From the NCBI GenBank assembly GCA_964035545.1, contig CAXIUT010000303.1, forward strand, positions 42,931 to 67,711: a stretch of DNA of 24,781 nt, given 5' to 3'. This DNA is from Bugula neritina. Its lineage: Eukaryota > Animalia > Bryozoa. The position numbers and the translations under genes are program-made. The notes beneath the pieces are model-generated. The model saw nothing but the letters and a program-made list of their open reading frames with translations, searched no databases and was not told the DNA's origin. Below are positions 1 through 11,600 of this stretch, one piece after another; positions within the stretch are counted from its first letter, which is position 1, and each line of letters opens with the position of its first letter.

Positions 1-75
1 CCCAACCCCAACCCCAACCCCAACCCCAACCCCAACCCCAACCCCAACCCCAACCCCAACCCCAACCCCAACCCC
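1..75 (+). repeat. Left telomere, (CCCCAA)n
   Basis: Perfect C4A2 hexamer array from base 1 to 75, the Tetrahymena-type oligohymenophorean telomere repeat. Confidence 0.99.
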
Positions 76-259
76 TTTATTTAATTCTTCAAGATAAATA
101 TTTTTTCAATGTTCTTTTAATAATTATTAGATATAATACTTGCGATCTTTCAAAATAATAATCATAGCTTATGTTATTCAATATATATTTCACTTTGATT
201 GTCATTTTTGAATTAAAATCTATTAATATACTATCATCAGAATAAGAAGGTATCCGAAT

Positions 260-808
260 TCAATCATCAAGATAAGGATAATTAAGACTCATTTTCCTAC
301 AATACTTGATGGCCTTAAGGACATCATCTTCAAACATTTAGCTTTCAATCTATGAAGGCGCTTCTAAGATCAAATTTCTTTCCTAAGCCACGATTACTAT
401 GCATTGATGAAGATTTTTTATTTTGGCATTTTTTATCTCAATATACTTTTGTATATCTCTAACTAATTTTGAAATAGTACATACTTCTATTCTTTTTTAG
501 TCTTATTTATCAATAGATTTCCAACATAAAAATCTCTAGTTCATGGATAGATAAACAAATTTTGTTTTAGAGTTGCAATTTTTTGAATATTTAGTCATTA
601 GATAACCTTTCTTAAGATCTTTTATTATTTAATTTTATTCCATTTAAGAAAGCTAATCGTTTTTTAACTTTGATAGTGTTGTAAACTTTAATCCCTTTTG
701 TGTTTCTTCAAGATTCTATTTGAGAGCTTTGTTGATTAAATTTCGTATGACTGTTAAATTACTATTGATTCTTCTCTGTTCAGAGGTAACTATAGTCCCT
801 TTCTTCAT
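260..808 (-). CDS. PH-domain protein, ~182 aa (start uncertain)
   Basis: With TAR=Glu, an intronless ORF MKKGTIVTSEQRR...IKDLKKGYLMTKYSKNCNSKTKFVYLSMNERFLCWKSIDKEDEKRIEVCTISKLVRD...LILEAPSEIESEMFEDDV...YLDD-TGA. The LKKGxxMxKY...FVYLS..ERFLCW pattern resembles PLC/Mcp5-type PH domains. The frame stays open about 60 codons upstream without another ATG. Confidence 0.65.
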
Positions 809-1449
809 CTATTTGATACTTGAAATAAATATCGATTTATTAGCTTTAATATTTAAAACATCAATAAAATAACATTTATATATATTACCATCAATAGATA
901 AAAATAGAGATAAATAATATCGAATAATGATTATTTTAGATCTAACAACTTTAAAGCTAGAAATCAAAAAAAAAATCTCATAATATCAGAATATATAGAA
1001 TTTTTTATTCAGAACAGAGAGATTTTTGTTTAAAAAAAATTAACTTAATTTTAGCTTTAAATCATATGTTTATCATCTCTGACTTTGAAATTAATTTCTT
1101 TGAGACGAAAAATACAATTAATCTCGAATTTTAAAAGCTGTAATTGAAATCTCTTTAAAATAAGAACAAAGTCAAAAATGAAAATAAGATTTAAGAACAA
1201 AAATACAAATATCGATAGTTACTGAAGCATATTTCGATCAAAATAGCTCTTAAAATTGAAAATTTAAAAGATAGAAAATCATTATTAAAAACAATGTGGC
1301 TTAACTTCTTTAATTTTTATCAAAAATGATTTCTCTCACACAAATATTAACTATATTCATTAATCTTTGTAATATTACTATTATTTTCTTAACAATTGTA
1401 GAAATACATAATTCTTCAATGATATTTGATAATCATTATTTATCAAGTG

Positions 1450-3012
1450 ATGGACAGTAATTCACTTTCAGAAGAAACCTTCTTTGAAATTGATTAAGTT
1501 GTCTGGGCAAAAGTTAAAGGTTACCCATGGTGGCCAGCTTATGTAAGTATTAGAGTATGTAGATCGATTAAATCGTCGAAGATCCTAACAAGGATAATCC
1601 GGATTTTACAGTTTATTTCTTTGGAGATAACTCTCAGTATGTCTATCAAAAAGGTTAGTATTACAATCAGTTCTTCTAAAATCAAAAAATTTGAAGACTT
1701 CTACAATGAATTTTACCCTTATGCCAAGACGGATCGGAAATTGATGATGTCGATCCGATAAGCAGAAGAAAGACTAAGAGAAAATTTTCAAAACGTCTAA
1801 GTTTTTGAAGAAATAAGGAATGAACTGAAGACTCAGAATGAAAGCAACTTGATGCGAAGGCTATCTCTCAATGAATCTGAGTAATATCAATTTTAGTCGA
1901 ATTTACTAAAACTAAGTACTCAAAGAATAATATAGAAATGACTAAGACAAGCATGAGTCTAAGGAGGAAGGAAAATGTTGTTCAAAGTGAATAAATTCTA
2001 ATTAAAAGGTAGTAATCTATAGAATAGCGAAATAAGTATTATATATATTATTGAGATAAAAAAATATGATGATAAAACAAGAAAATATAAAAGATATATA
2101 TTATAAAAACATATTAAAACCATCTTTTTCAGAATAGAACATTGTTAAAATGGAATAAGAAGAAAATTTATAGCAAAAAAATCCTTAAGAACTTAAAATT
2201 AAAGAAATTGTAAATTTAGAGGATAAAATTCCATCTATTGATAAATCAAATCAAGATAAAGTTAAGAAAAAAAGAGGAAGACCTAGAAAGACTCAAATTA
2301 TCTAACCTGAATAAAATGAATTACCTTTAACTCGAATATAACCTAAAAAGAAAATGATTCATAAAGATAGTTAAATATCTGAATCAAAGTCATTGTCTAT
2401 GCATTTCAATATCAAGAGTAAGAATAAAAAGGTAAGATAATTGAATCAAAAGATCATAGAAGATATTAAATAGGTTTTGAATAACAGAACAGAACTAATT
2501 GAATATCTCAAACATATCAAAATAACTCCTGAAAATGTTTAATAAATCCTTAAATTAAATGTAGCCAAGATTTTGTTGTCTAAAAGAGTGAATTAATAAG
2601 TCAAAAATATGCTTGAATAATTTGAAAGTTGTCTTTTTGCTAAATATCACCTAGAAAATCCTAAAAATATTTAAAATTAACTAAATTTATCAAGACAAAT
2701 CAATTCTTAACTGAAATTCAAGAATGTTTTGGAAAGTAGTGAAAAATTATCCATTCAAATCAGAAAAAGTACAGTTCATAGACTTGAAAATCATTTGCTT
2801 GACTCTTCCGAACCAATGATAAATGCTAAATAGATAGCAGTTCTGATCGAATCCTACTTGGAGCAAATAGATAACACAATTGGACTTAAGTATAGACAGA
2901 TTGCACACAAAATTTTAACCAATATCATGGTATTTTTATATTATATTAGAACAAAAAAGAAACAGCAGGAGAGATTGTTGATAAACTTAGTAAGGATTCT
3001 TATGATGTATGA
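1450..3012 (+). CDS. PWWP-domain chromatin protein with AT-hook and TFIIS-like helical C-terminus
   Basis: VVWAKVKGYPWWPAY...VYFFGDNSH (PWWP); KKKRGRPRK AT-hook at ~2264-2290; C-terminal AKEIAVLIESYL...KYRQIAHKILTNI resembles the TFIIS central domain. Frame-restoring introns at 1543-1562, 1637-1658 (22 nt), 1916-1935, 2036-2055 and 2930-2949; TGA at 3010-3012. Confidence 0.85.
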
Positions 3013-3054
3013 AAAATATCTAAAATGTATTGAATCATTTATCATATTAATCTT

Positions 3055-3558
3055 TCAAAGAAGGCTCTGCTTCTTATGAACATATTTCGACCATAGTTCA
3101 GGATTATCAATAACTTTTCCAATATAGTTAAAAGCAGCATAGTCTACTACATAGCCATCCATCTCATCAATTGTGCTTCTACGAGAAATAAACTCTAAGT
3201 TTCTAGCTTTTTAATTTTTATTTATTTGCTTTAATGACTATGTTCTATAGCTGATACTTTTACTTTTCGAGGCTTATTTGTTTTGATTAAGAGGCACAAG
3301 AGATAGAGACTTCGATGATGGTACAATCTAACTTGCTTTCTGGATTAAGTTTATACGACTTATCGATTTATTTTTGATTTTATTCGATACTCTTGAACCA
3401 TTTAGTGAGTTTTCTATGCGAATAGTTTCAGTAAAACTAGGTCTTCTTTTACCAGGCCAGTCACTTCTATTGAACTTCAAGAGTTCATTCTATTTTCTGT
3501 GAGAAAGAATGGTCAGAAGTTTAGAATTTGACTAAGCTTTTTGGTTAAATTTATTCAT
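3055..3558 (-). CDS. Hypothetical protein, 167 aa
   Basis: ATG-to-TGA intronless ORF under TAR=Glu (MNKFNQKAESNSKLL...DEMDGYVVDYAAFNYIGKVIDNPELWSKYVHKKQSLL), convergent with the PWWP gene (42-nt gap). No recognised domain. Confidence 0.65.
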
Positions 3559-3668
3559 ATTATTATGAGTTAGTCTAATTCAATAAAATAATCAAAAAAA
3601 AGAGGAATTATTGAAAGGAAAAGAATTTTTCAATATTTTATTTAAATTATTTTTCTTGATGGTTTATC

Positions 3669-3797
3669 AAGGTCTATACTGACAAGTAATTGACTCCCAG
3701 AAGATTGATCAACTGAGGGCCACCCATATCAGAGATATTTTTGATCCATTATGACAAGTAATCTCATAAAGGAGGCTACATGCTTCGAATGGACCTT
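3669..3797. ncRNA. Candidate structured non-coding RNA (family unidentified)
   Basis: About 40% GC island between very AT-rich flanks, with no convincing ORF. Complementary ends AAGGTCTAT (3669-3677)/ATGGACCTT (3789-3797), an internal 11-nt direct repeat TGACAAGTAAT, an Sm-like ATTTTTG at 3737-3743, and TTTT at 3802-3805. Confidence 0.35.
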
Positions 3798-3840
3798 CAA
3801 CTTTTAATTATAATTGATATAAATTTGAAACGAATTAAAA

Positions 3841-5054
3841 ATGTCACGAATTACAGAATAGTTATTAAGAAAGCGTTCAGAGCATAATTAGGGAAGGTTG
3901 ACTACTTTAGAATAGGTACTTGAGTTAATAAGTAGATTTCTTTGCATCAGCAAGATTTGATTAAAATAGAGCATTTGGATGTCTTGTGCAGGCATTTAAA
4001 AATTCTATACTTACAAAACAATATCATTGAAAAAATGTAAAATCTTAACAAACTTAAAGAACTAGAATATCTCAATATGGCCTTGAATAATGTTACTAAA
4101 ATTGAAAACATTTAGGGATGTTAAAGTCTCAAAAAACTTGACATGACTGTAAACTTTATTGATGTAATGGATCTACATGATAGTGCAGTCACTTTATCGA
4201 AACTACCAAGCTTAAAATAAATTTATCTAACAGGAAATCCTTGTGAAGATTGGAAAGGATGTAAAGATTATATTCTCGCACATACTTCTACTTTAGAGTG
4301 CTATAATGGAGAAGTAGTGACTCCATCTCAAAGAATAAAGGCTCAGCAGCTGTTACCTAGTTTAAAAGCTTCTCTTTTTGAAGCAATTGAGAAAAGAAAA
4401 CTTGAGAAAAGACAACAATAGTTTGATTAAAAAGAAAGAAAAAAATTAGAAGCTCATCTTACTTAAGAATAAAAAGCGAAAATGAAAACTCCTTATACTA
4501 AAGAATTAAGAAGATAAATGTATTAAAAAATGGCTGAGGATAAAGAAAAAAAGGAAAGAGAGAAGCATCCATAGAAATATCAACCTGAAAAACCTATTAA
4601 TATGTATACAAAGGAAGGTTAAATCCGTCAATGTAATTAAGGCCGTTTTAAGTATAGTCTTCAAGAATATGAAGATCCAGATTATACATTTTTCTAAATA
4701 GAGGTTCCAAAACATCTTGATACTTCTGAATTAGAAGTTAATATTGATCCTAAATGGGTGAGTGTTCGGATAAAAAAACAGCTAACTCAACTTAAACTAT
4801 CTGAATAAATTATAGTTCACGAATCTAAGTCAGAAAGATCTCAAATAACTGGAATGTTAATGATAAAAATGAAAAAGTTACATTCACATGAATTTTTAAG
4901 AAGAAACAATCAAAAATAAAAGGCCTAAAAGAAAAAATAGGAAAATAAACAGAAAGATCTGTAGAAAGAATAAAGATAGAAAAGATTAAGATTGTGTGAT
5001 TAATATTAAAAGAAGATGGAAAAAGAAGAAGATTAAATACCTGATCTTTAGTGA
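3841..5054 (+). CDS. DNAAF11: Dynein axonemal assembly factor 11 (LRRC6/tilB homologue)
   Basis: [77 protein letters not shown]...[15 protein letters not shown], LRRcap LTGNPC, CS-like domain [24 protein letters not shown], ending EIPDLE-TGA. 20-nt intron at 3916-3935. Confidence 0.95.
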
Positions 5055-5090
5055 TTATCTTGAATAATTATCAATAATAATCATACTCAA

Positions 5091-6324
5091 TCATTAGTCA
5101 TGAGGATGAACTCTATGATGAGTGCTGATATCAATCGCTCTCTCTTGTACTTAGCCATCAATTATTGACTTCAAGAAGAAAATTACCATGCCGATAATGA
5201 AAACATCCCATAATCTAGCTACAATATTTTTATTTTAGCTGAAGCTAGAAGGTTCATAAAGAATTTTCTTTTGCTCCTCAAGGCTACGAAGAGCTGTTGT
5301 AGCCAAGCTTTCACTAATAGTGGATATTAGACTGATAATCCAATGAAGGGTTTCTTTCCTGAAGATTGAGATGACAAATATCATCTGAATATGAACCTTT
5401 ATGATTGCTTTTCCTATCATAGTCGCTAAGAAAAAAGTTTTGAAAGGAATTCTAAAATGTCCACATGTTATCCCTGCCAAGTCAAAAAGAGGATTTGGAA
5501 TAGATGCACAGGCTAGGATAGTACCGAAACCATACTTTTACATATTATCATAAATAACTATTTTTGCTTTTTACATAAGAGTTTTTTTCTCTTTTCTTTT
5601 TAGTTCGAGAATCTATTCTATCTATTAGTTTGAAAGATTATGCTACTTTTTTTATTTGTCAATTATTTGTTGTTATTTATTGTCAATGGTTTGAGGTCGA
5701 CCTTCAGCTTCTTCACTCATTCTCTTCAGCTCAGCTCTTTTTTCTGAGGCCTGTATGTTATTAAAAGTACCTTATAAGCTACGAAATAAGGTGGCAATTA
5801 ACCGATTGCTGTACCAAATCCCCAAAGAAAACTTTAAAATTGAACCGCAAATAGGAGACTTAAAATTCCAATAGTTTATCCTTTTTGTTCTAAGTTGATT
5901 TTATTCTTACATTAGCACTCCCCAAAGTGATCAAAAGTCCATTTTGAAGGCATCATCTCAGGTACATGTCCACAATGAGTTGAAGCAATGGCTACTTTGG
6001 CTATATGTGGTCCAAGATATAAAACAAACGTGTGAAGTCCTGTTCCCAGGCCAATAGACGAAGCAATTCCAAGAATCATCCAATAAGCCATAAAATAACA
6101 GATATGCTCAACATTCTTAATAAGATAAGAAATACTTGTAAAGCTGGTAAATATGCTATCAACAGCCAAACGATTCCAATACTGAACAAAATAATTCCTC
6201 TTTTGATGATGAATTTCGACAGAAGCTCGACTTTATGTTTGATAGTAAGTAATAGAAGCTAAAGATAAATAGATGTTGTGGAGAAAAGTGAGATATTGTT
6301 GATTAGAACTCCTTTATATTTCAT
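5091..6324 (-). CDS. VMP1: Vacuole membrane protein 1 (VMP1/TMEM49, DedA superfamily)
   Basis: Signature motifs [41 protein letters not shown] (E=TAA), [18 protein letters not shown] and [17 protein letters not shown]. Introns 6116-6135 and 5751-5770 (20 nt); possible in-frame 21-nt intron at 5890-5910. Confidence 0.95.
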
Positions 6325-6423
6325 GGATTATTATTATTATGAATAGAGGATATTATATTTTAAAAAGGAATTGTGAAAATAAAAGTAACCGAACATTTAG
6401 GTAAAAAAAAGAAAGCAATAATA

Positions 6424-6844
6424 TCAAACTTATTAGACTGATTATTAAGTGCTATTAAGTAAATTGTAAAGTAAATTTTCATGATCTTCAGCTGAATTGT
6501 CAGCTACTCTTCTTAAAGTATTGAGGTAATATGAGAGGGATTTATTTGTTCCTTGATCTCTCCTTTTAACCTTTTCGCTGCCCCTAATTCATCTAAATAT
6601 TACACCAACTTCTTAACTCTATCACTGTAGAGAGGTCTTACAGGTATCTTCTGGATTCTTGTGAATCTTTTTCTACAGAACGGACATGAGTTTTCATTCT
6701 GAGTTGTTAATCCTGTACCTTTGACCATTGGTGAAGACATTTGACACAGAAGAGATGATTGCAGCAATCGATTTTACCTCTGACTGCAATCAGTTCAAAG
6801 CAAATACCGCATTACAACTGTCTCCGTTGGCCTCGGGTCTGCAT
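6424..6844 (-). CDS. Small C3HC4 RING-finger protein
   Basis: MQTRGQRRQLECGICFELIAVRGKIDCCNHLFCVKCLHQWSK|NENSCPFCRKRF. The intron at 6699-6718 is needed to complete the RING; a second 20-nt intron at 6584-6603 is inferred from the consensus, so the 3' end is less certain. Confidence 0.85.
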
Positions 6845-6884
6845 TTGAACTTATTATATTCGATAATCAAATTCTATCAGATCA

Positions 6885-7313
6885 TCAATGAGTCATTTTT
6901 TCAACTAGACGGCGATTGGCCTAATTAGTAGCAGCTAGGGTTCGAAGCATGGATGCGTATTACTGCTGAAGTCTCTCATGTTAAAGTTGATCCTCACTAC
7001 TATTGGTGTCATAGTTGGTATTGACTGTTACTTTTTGTTTAATTTTCATGAGATGATCCATTCTTCCTCTATTTTATCTGCCTAGTCCATCAACAACTTC
7101 TTTTAGTTCTGATACTTATTCTGCAAGTGTGATAGCACAAGGTATTTCTGCTAATTTTGTTCTTTCTCTTTGAGTTTGGAAATTTAACTATTAGCGGTAC
7201 TTCATCAATTGATCTATTTGGGTATTTGATGTATTTTGAGAGGTACAGCATCCTTGAGATTTAAGTAGATGAATTAATGCTGCTTTAGGAGGTTAGAAAG
7301 GACAGTTTTGCAT
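6885..7313 (-). CDS. Hypothetical coiled-coil protein, 142 aa
   Basis: ATG-to-TGA ORF under TAR=Glu (MQNCPFEPPKAALIHLLKSQG...LEHERLQQEYASMLRTLAATNEANRRLVEKMTH), with tandem TGATGA at the end. Confidence 0.7.
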
Positions 7314-7412
7314 TGTTTTTCGGAATGTTAAATATTATAAATTGTTATTTAAATATCATTTAGAAATAAGGTTATTGATCTAAGTTATTATTTTAATCTT
7401 AAAGCAGATATA

Positions 7413-8591
7413 TCACTCAAAATCTTTTTATTTAATTCCTTATTCTTCATTAAAGTTAGATATATCTGTATTGTTAATTTACAACTATTAAATTTTACTT
7501 TTTTCTTCTAATTCTTCTTGTTTTTGCCGAGCAATATTCATTACTAAGAGAGCATCAAGTTATGACATGAACATTTTTCTTTTTTGAAAAAGACTTGTCT
7601 ATTTTTATTCTTCTTGGACTACTTATTTTTCTGTTTCTTGTTTTGGATCACAGTACTAGTAATCTGAGTGATATTTTTTTGTTTATATTTAAATTTTATT
7701 TTGATATTGAGGTAAATTTATTAGCCTACTATATTCTTTTTCAAGATGATCTATTGACTATGAAGGATTGGAAAGAAGTTCAAGTAAAGATGCATTTTTT
7801 GTATTTTAATCTTATAATAAAGAAAGAAGATTCATTATTACTTATTATATGTTTTAAATATTAGGTTTGAAAGTTTTTTGAACAAAGAAGATAATTTAAA
7901 TGATTTTAACTGTTGAAGTAAAAGGATTTAAAAGAGTTATTTCAAATTTTCGACTAAAATCTCTCATTTCTTAGATTGTTTTATTTATAGAAGAGAAAAG
8001 AAAGAAAATATCCTTGAATGAAAAAGAATTGTTAGAAATGATTCTGGTTCTTTATTCAGTAGAAGCCGAAAATTCAAGAAGTTTTAAGAAATTTTCGGAA
8101 GTCTTTTGTAATTATAGAATAATAAAAGTTACTTTTTATTGAATAAAAAGGTCTTTAAAAGAATAAATTGTTGATGTTTTTATATTTATTTTAGAATTTT
8201 AATTTTACTAATGAAGGATTATATTGGTATTACTTCTCAATTAATATCTCAAGTTTATCATTCTCTTAAATTTAACATACTATAGTATTCTACATAAATT
8301 ATTTCTTAAATTCTCCCAATTATTCTACTTTAAAAATAATAAACTTGCATTTCTCTTGGAAATAATTATGATTTTTAATGTTTTTAATGTGATAACAAGG
8401 ATAATGAGAAGAAATAAAGCCACAGATTCTTTCATGATAAAAATAAATGCAAGAATGCACAAGATAGTCATTGTAAGGTTGTTTTTGACCGGTTATCTTC
8501 TATCTAATATTTGATTTTTCATGAGATGATCAAGTCTTTGCTTGAACTAATTTTCATTTAAGATATCCCAAATTGATCTCTTTAATTTCAT
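7413..8591 (-). CDS. Hypothetical membrane protein, 392 aa
   Basis: 393-codon frame free of TGA, with an N-terminal hydrophobic stretch (LTMTILCILAFIFIMKESVALFLLIILVITLKTLKIIII) and an acidic, charged C-terminus. No family recognised. Confidence 0.7.
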
Positions 8592-8608
8592 AATTTAATA
8601 ATATCAAA

Positions 8609-11600
8609 ATGTCAGGATAAGATTATTTTCAAATCTACATGGAAACTTTGACAGATATCTTCAGAAGAGTCAAAAAAATAGGAATCAAGAAATACAACAT
8701 AATCAAAGAACTCATTGACACTGTTGAAAGTACTTCTAATGCTATCAAGATTTTTTATCTAAATAAGTTTACGGACGAATAGAACCAGCTAACTACTTAT
8801 TAGTCATGATCGTATTGTTGGGAAGCAAGACTCCGAAAATATATCCTCCAGTCATAGCAGCTGTTCAAAAAATGTTTTCTTATAATTTGATATCACCTAA
8901 TGAAGATCTTTGGGGAAGTCTTAAGTTACTGAAGGATGAACATAAAGAGTTTTTGTTATTGTCATTTGATGACTATGGAAATAAGTCCTTCAAAGAAATA
9001 TACATTGAAACTGTGATTAATTTAGGAGAAAAAGATGATGGTCTAAATTTGATTGTAGCTAAATCTATTAGTCTGATTTGGAGATTAGATCAAAACAGTA
9101 TTTCTATTCAACTTTTACCTAAAATTTTTGACTATCTTCTCGATTGTATGGCTAGTATTCGTCTTTAAGAAGAATAAAAAATGGTAAAATCTATTTTCTT
9201 GTAAATGTTCAGACACTCTTTATAATCATACAGAGAAGTACATGATCAAAAGTTTTTAAATGATGACAACTGTATATCAGTGAGAAGTTTAACTCACAAA
9301 TATGGACAAACTATTGCAGATGCAGTTGCTATTAGAATTGACATTGAAAAAAGGTTATAAGTAAGAGATTATCCTATTATTCCTCCTTAGTTTAGTTTGG
9401 AAACATTTCAACTCAAAAAGAGTAAGGAAATCAATGAAAAAGGAATAGTGGCTGGTAAATTTGGATGGTGTACTAATTGTAGAAGAGCTGCAGGGTTTTA
9501 TTGTTCAGTCAATCGATTGCCAGTTTGTTCTTATTAATGTAAACAAACTGTGGCTGATTAAATATGTAAAACTATCTTTATTAAGTATTTTTAGAAAAGT
9601 TTATTGGAGAAGAATAAAGATCTTTCAAAGTATTTGGAGATCATATTATCTGTATCTTCAGATTGTTCCAAAGATACTTGACTTTAGCTGAAGTCAAAAA
9701 GAGAGTTTGTTTTTCTGAAATATTCGTATTGATGACTTCTTAGTTAAAAAAAATAGTTGATAAATTGAGTCCTAAAATGCATTTAGAGTTAAGAATATTA
9801 GTAAGATATGTAATGGTTAATATATATTCTGAATCTGAAGCTTTCTTACCTTGTATGGCTGCTTTGAGAAAGTTTCTTCAAATGAGAATATTTTTGGATT
9901 AAACTGAAGTCATTTTAAAAATATTTGCTAGAAAACTTACTTACTTCATCACATCAAACCATATTAGAGATTAGATACTTAAATTTATCAAGTAACTTAT
10001 AAATAGTCGTCTTCTTTTTGATATTGTAATGACTCTTGATTGCTCACCAGATCATTCTGATGTTGCTAGATAATTAATTGATGCTATTAGACAAGTTTAT
10101 ATTGGCATTACTCTTCCTTAAGGAATATCTGTACCTCCTCCATAAGATATTCATGGTAGAAAAACTTCAATGGAGTTATGTCTAACTCTATTGAAGTTTT
10201 TACAAGAAACTGATAAAAAGATGCCTAGATAAGAAGCTTAAAAGTTAGTTGTTGAGAAAAATAAACTAAATATAGTTAGAAATAGTGTTTAGAGATTTAA
10301 TAAAGCTGAAAAACCTTTAAAGGTAACAAAAAAGTTAGTCAATGAAGGACTCTTTCCTAAGTAACCTGAATAACTAGCAAAATACATTCATTAAAACCTT
10401 AAAATACTTAACTTAACCAATATTGGTCAACTCATTGGAGATATAGATGAGTATGCAGGTAAAATAAGAAAACATTACATTGGTCAAATGAATTTGAAAA
10501 ACCAACCTCTAGATGAAGCTATGAGAATAATATTGAAAAGTTTTACTTTACCTGGATAGTCTCAAGTAGTTGACAGAATTATTGATACTTTTGGAGTTAC
10601 TTTCTTTGAACAAAATAAAGAAAACAATACTACTTTTGCTAGTTCAGATGCAGTCTATTCTTTTTCCTATCTTCTCATGATGTTACAAAGCAATCTTCAT
10701 AATCCTCAAGTCGTAGAAAAAATGAATTTAGCTTCATTTTCTAAACTATCCAAAGGAATGAATGGAGGTCCTGATGTTTAGTTTCATCCTTAGTTTTTAT
10801 AAAACATTTATAATAGTGTTCAAAAAAAGCCTTTAGGAGTTCACTAAAAGCTCAAAGAAATGGAAGTCAACATAGCTTTTAACACTAATCCTAAAAAGGC
10901 ACAATAAATTTACCTTAAAGATCAGTAAAGATAAGCTCTTGAAATCATATAAACTTTAGAAGAAGGACCAATTCAAGAATTACCTCATTCTCATCTATAT
11001 CCTCTTCCGATATTTGTTGAAGAATTTGTTTCTCAGATAATAGATATGCTTTGTTGGAAGATTAAAGATCTTGAAGAAAGAGACAAGTAAGAAACAATCA
11101 AGTGTCTAGAGTTTTTAGAGTCAGCTTTAAAACTAGGACATTAATATATTGTACCTAAAATAATCGAAAGAGGAATATAAAAAGTTTGGGAAGAAATGCA
11201 AAGATCAACAGTTGGAAAAAAGTATTTACTGATGGAAGCTATGTTTGAATGGACACGTAAGTTTTCATAGCATATCAATGAACAATGGAAAACTGTTATT
11301 TTTCTTATTGGAAGATTCAATCGTTCTAAATCTATTCGAAAAGATCAAGGAGGAGGTAAAAAGCAAACAGCTATCACTCTTATTTAGAATAAATGTTTCT
11401 TATTTGACTCTTATATCTAGCACTTGATTCAAAAGACATCAAAATTACAACTCAATAATTTGATCAGCTTTTTAAGAGCTTTACTAAATGTCAGTAGAGA
11501 TGAAACTAGTGATACTGGTAGTTCATTTTGTTTGGAAAAGATTAATGAAGTGTTAGAGTTGAATGCTAATAGAAGTCTTGAGATTCTTAATATTATATGG

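Noticed and set aside
76-1449. TGA=Trp readthrough (context-dependent stops) extending the PH gene frame to the telomere and upstream
   Set aside because: No recognisable conserved gene here has an internal TGA and all conserved Trp are TGG. AT-rich non-coding DNA looks protein-like when only one stop codon exists.
3661-3805. Telomerase RNA or spliced-leader RNA
   Set aside because: There is no CAACCCCAA template. The GGTTTA...AA|GTAA resemblance to SL RNAs is too short to support a call, and SL trans-splicing is not established in ciliates.
10498-10512. Near match (AAAACCAACCTCTAG) to the Tetrahymena chromosome breakage sequence
   Set aside because: It lies within the Sec7 domain coding frame (KNQPLD), mismatches the last consensus position, and is internal to an unbroken MAC chromosome.
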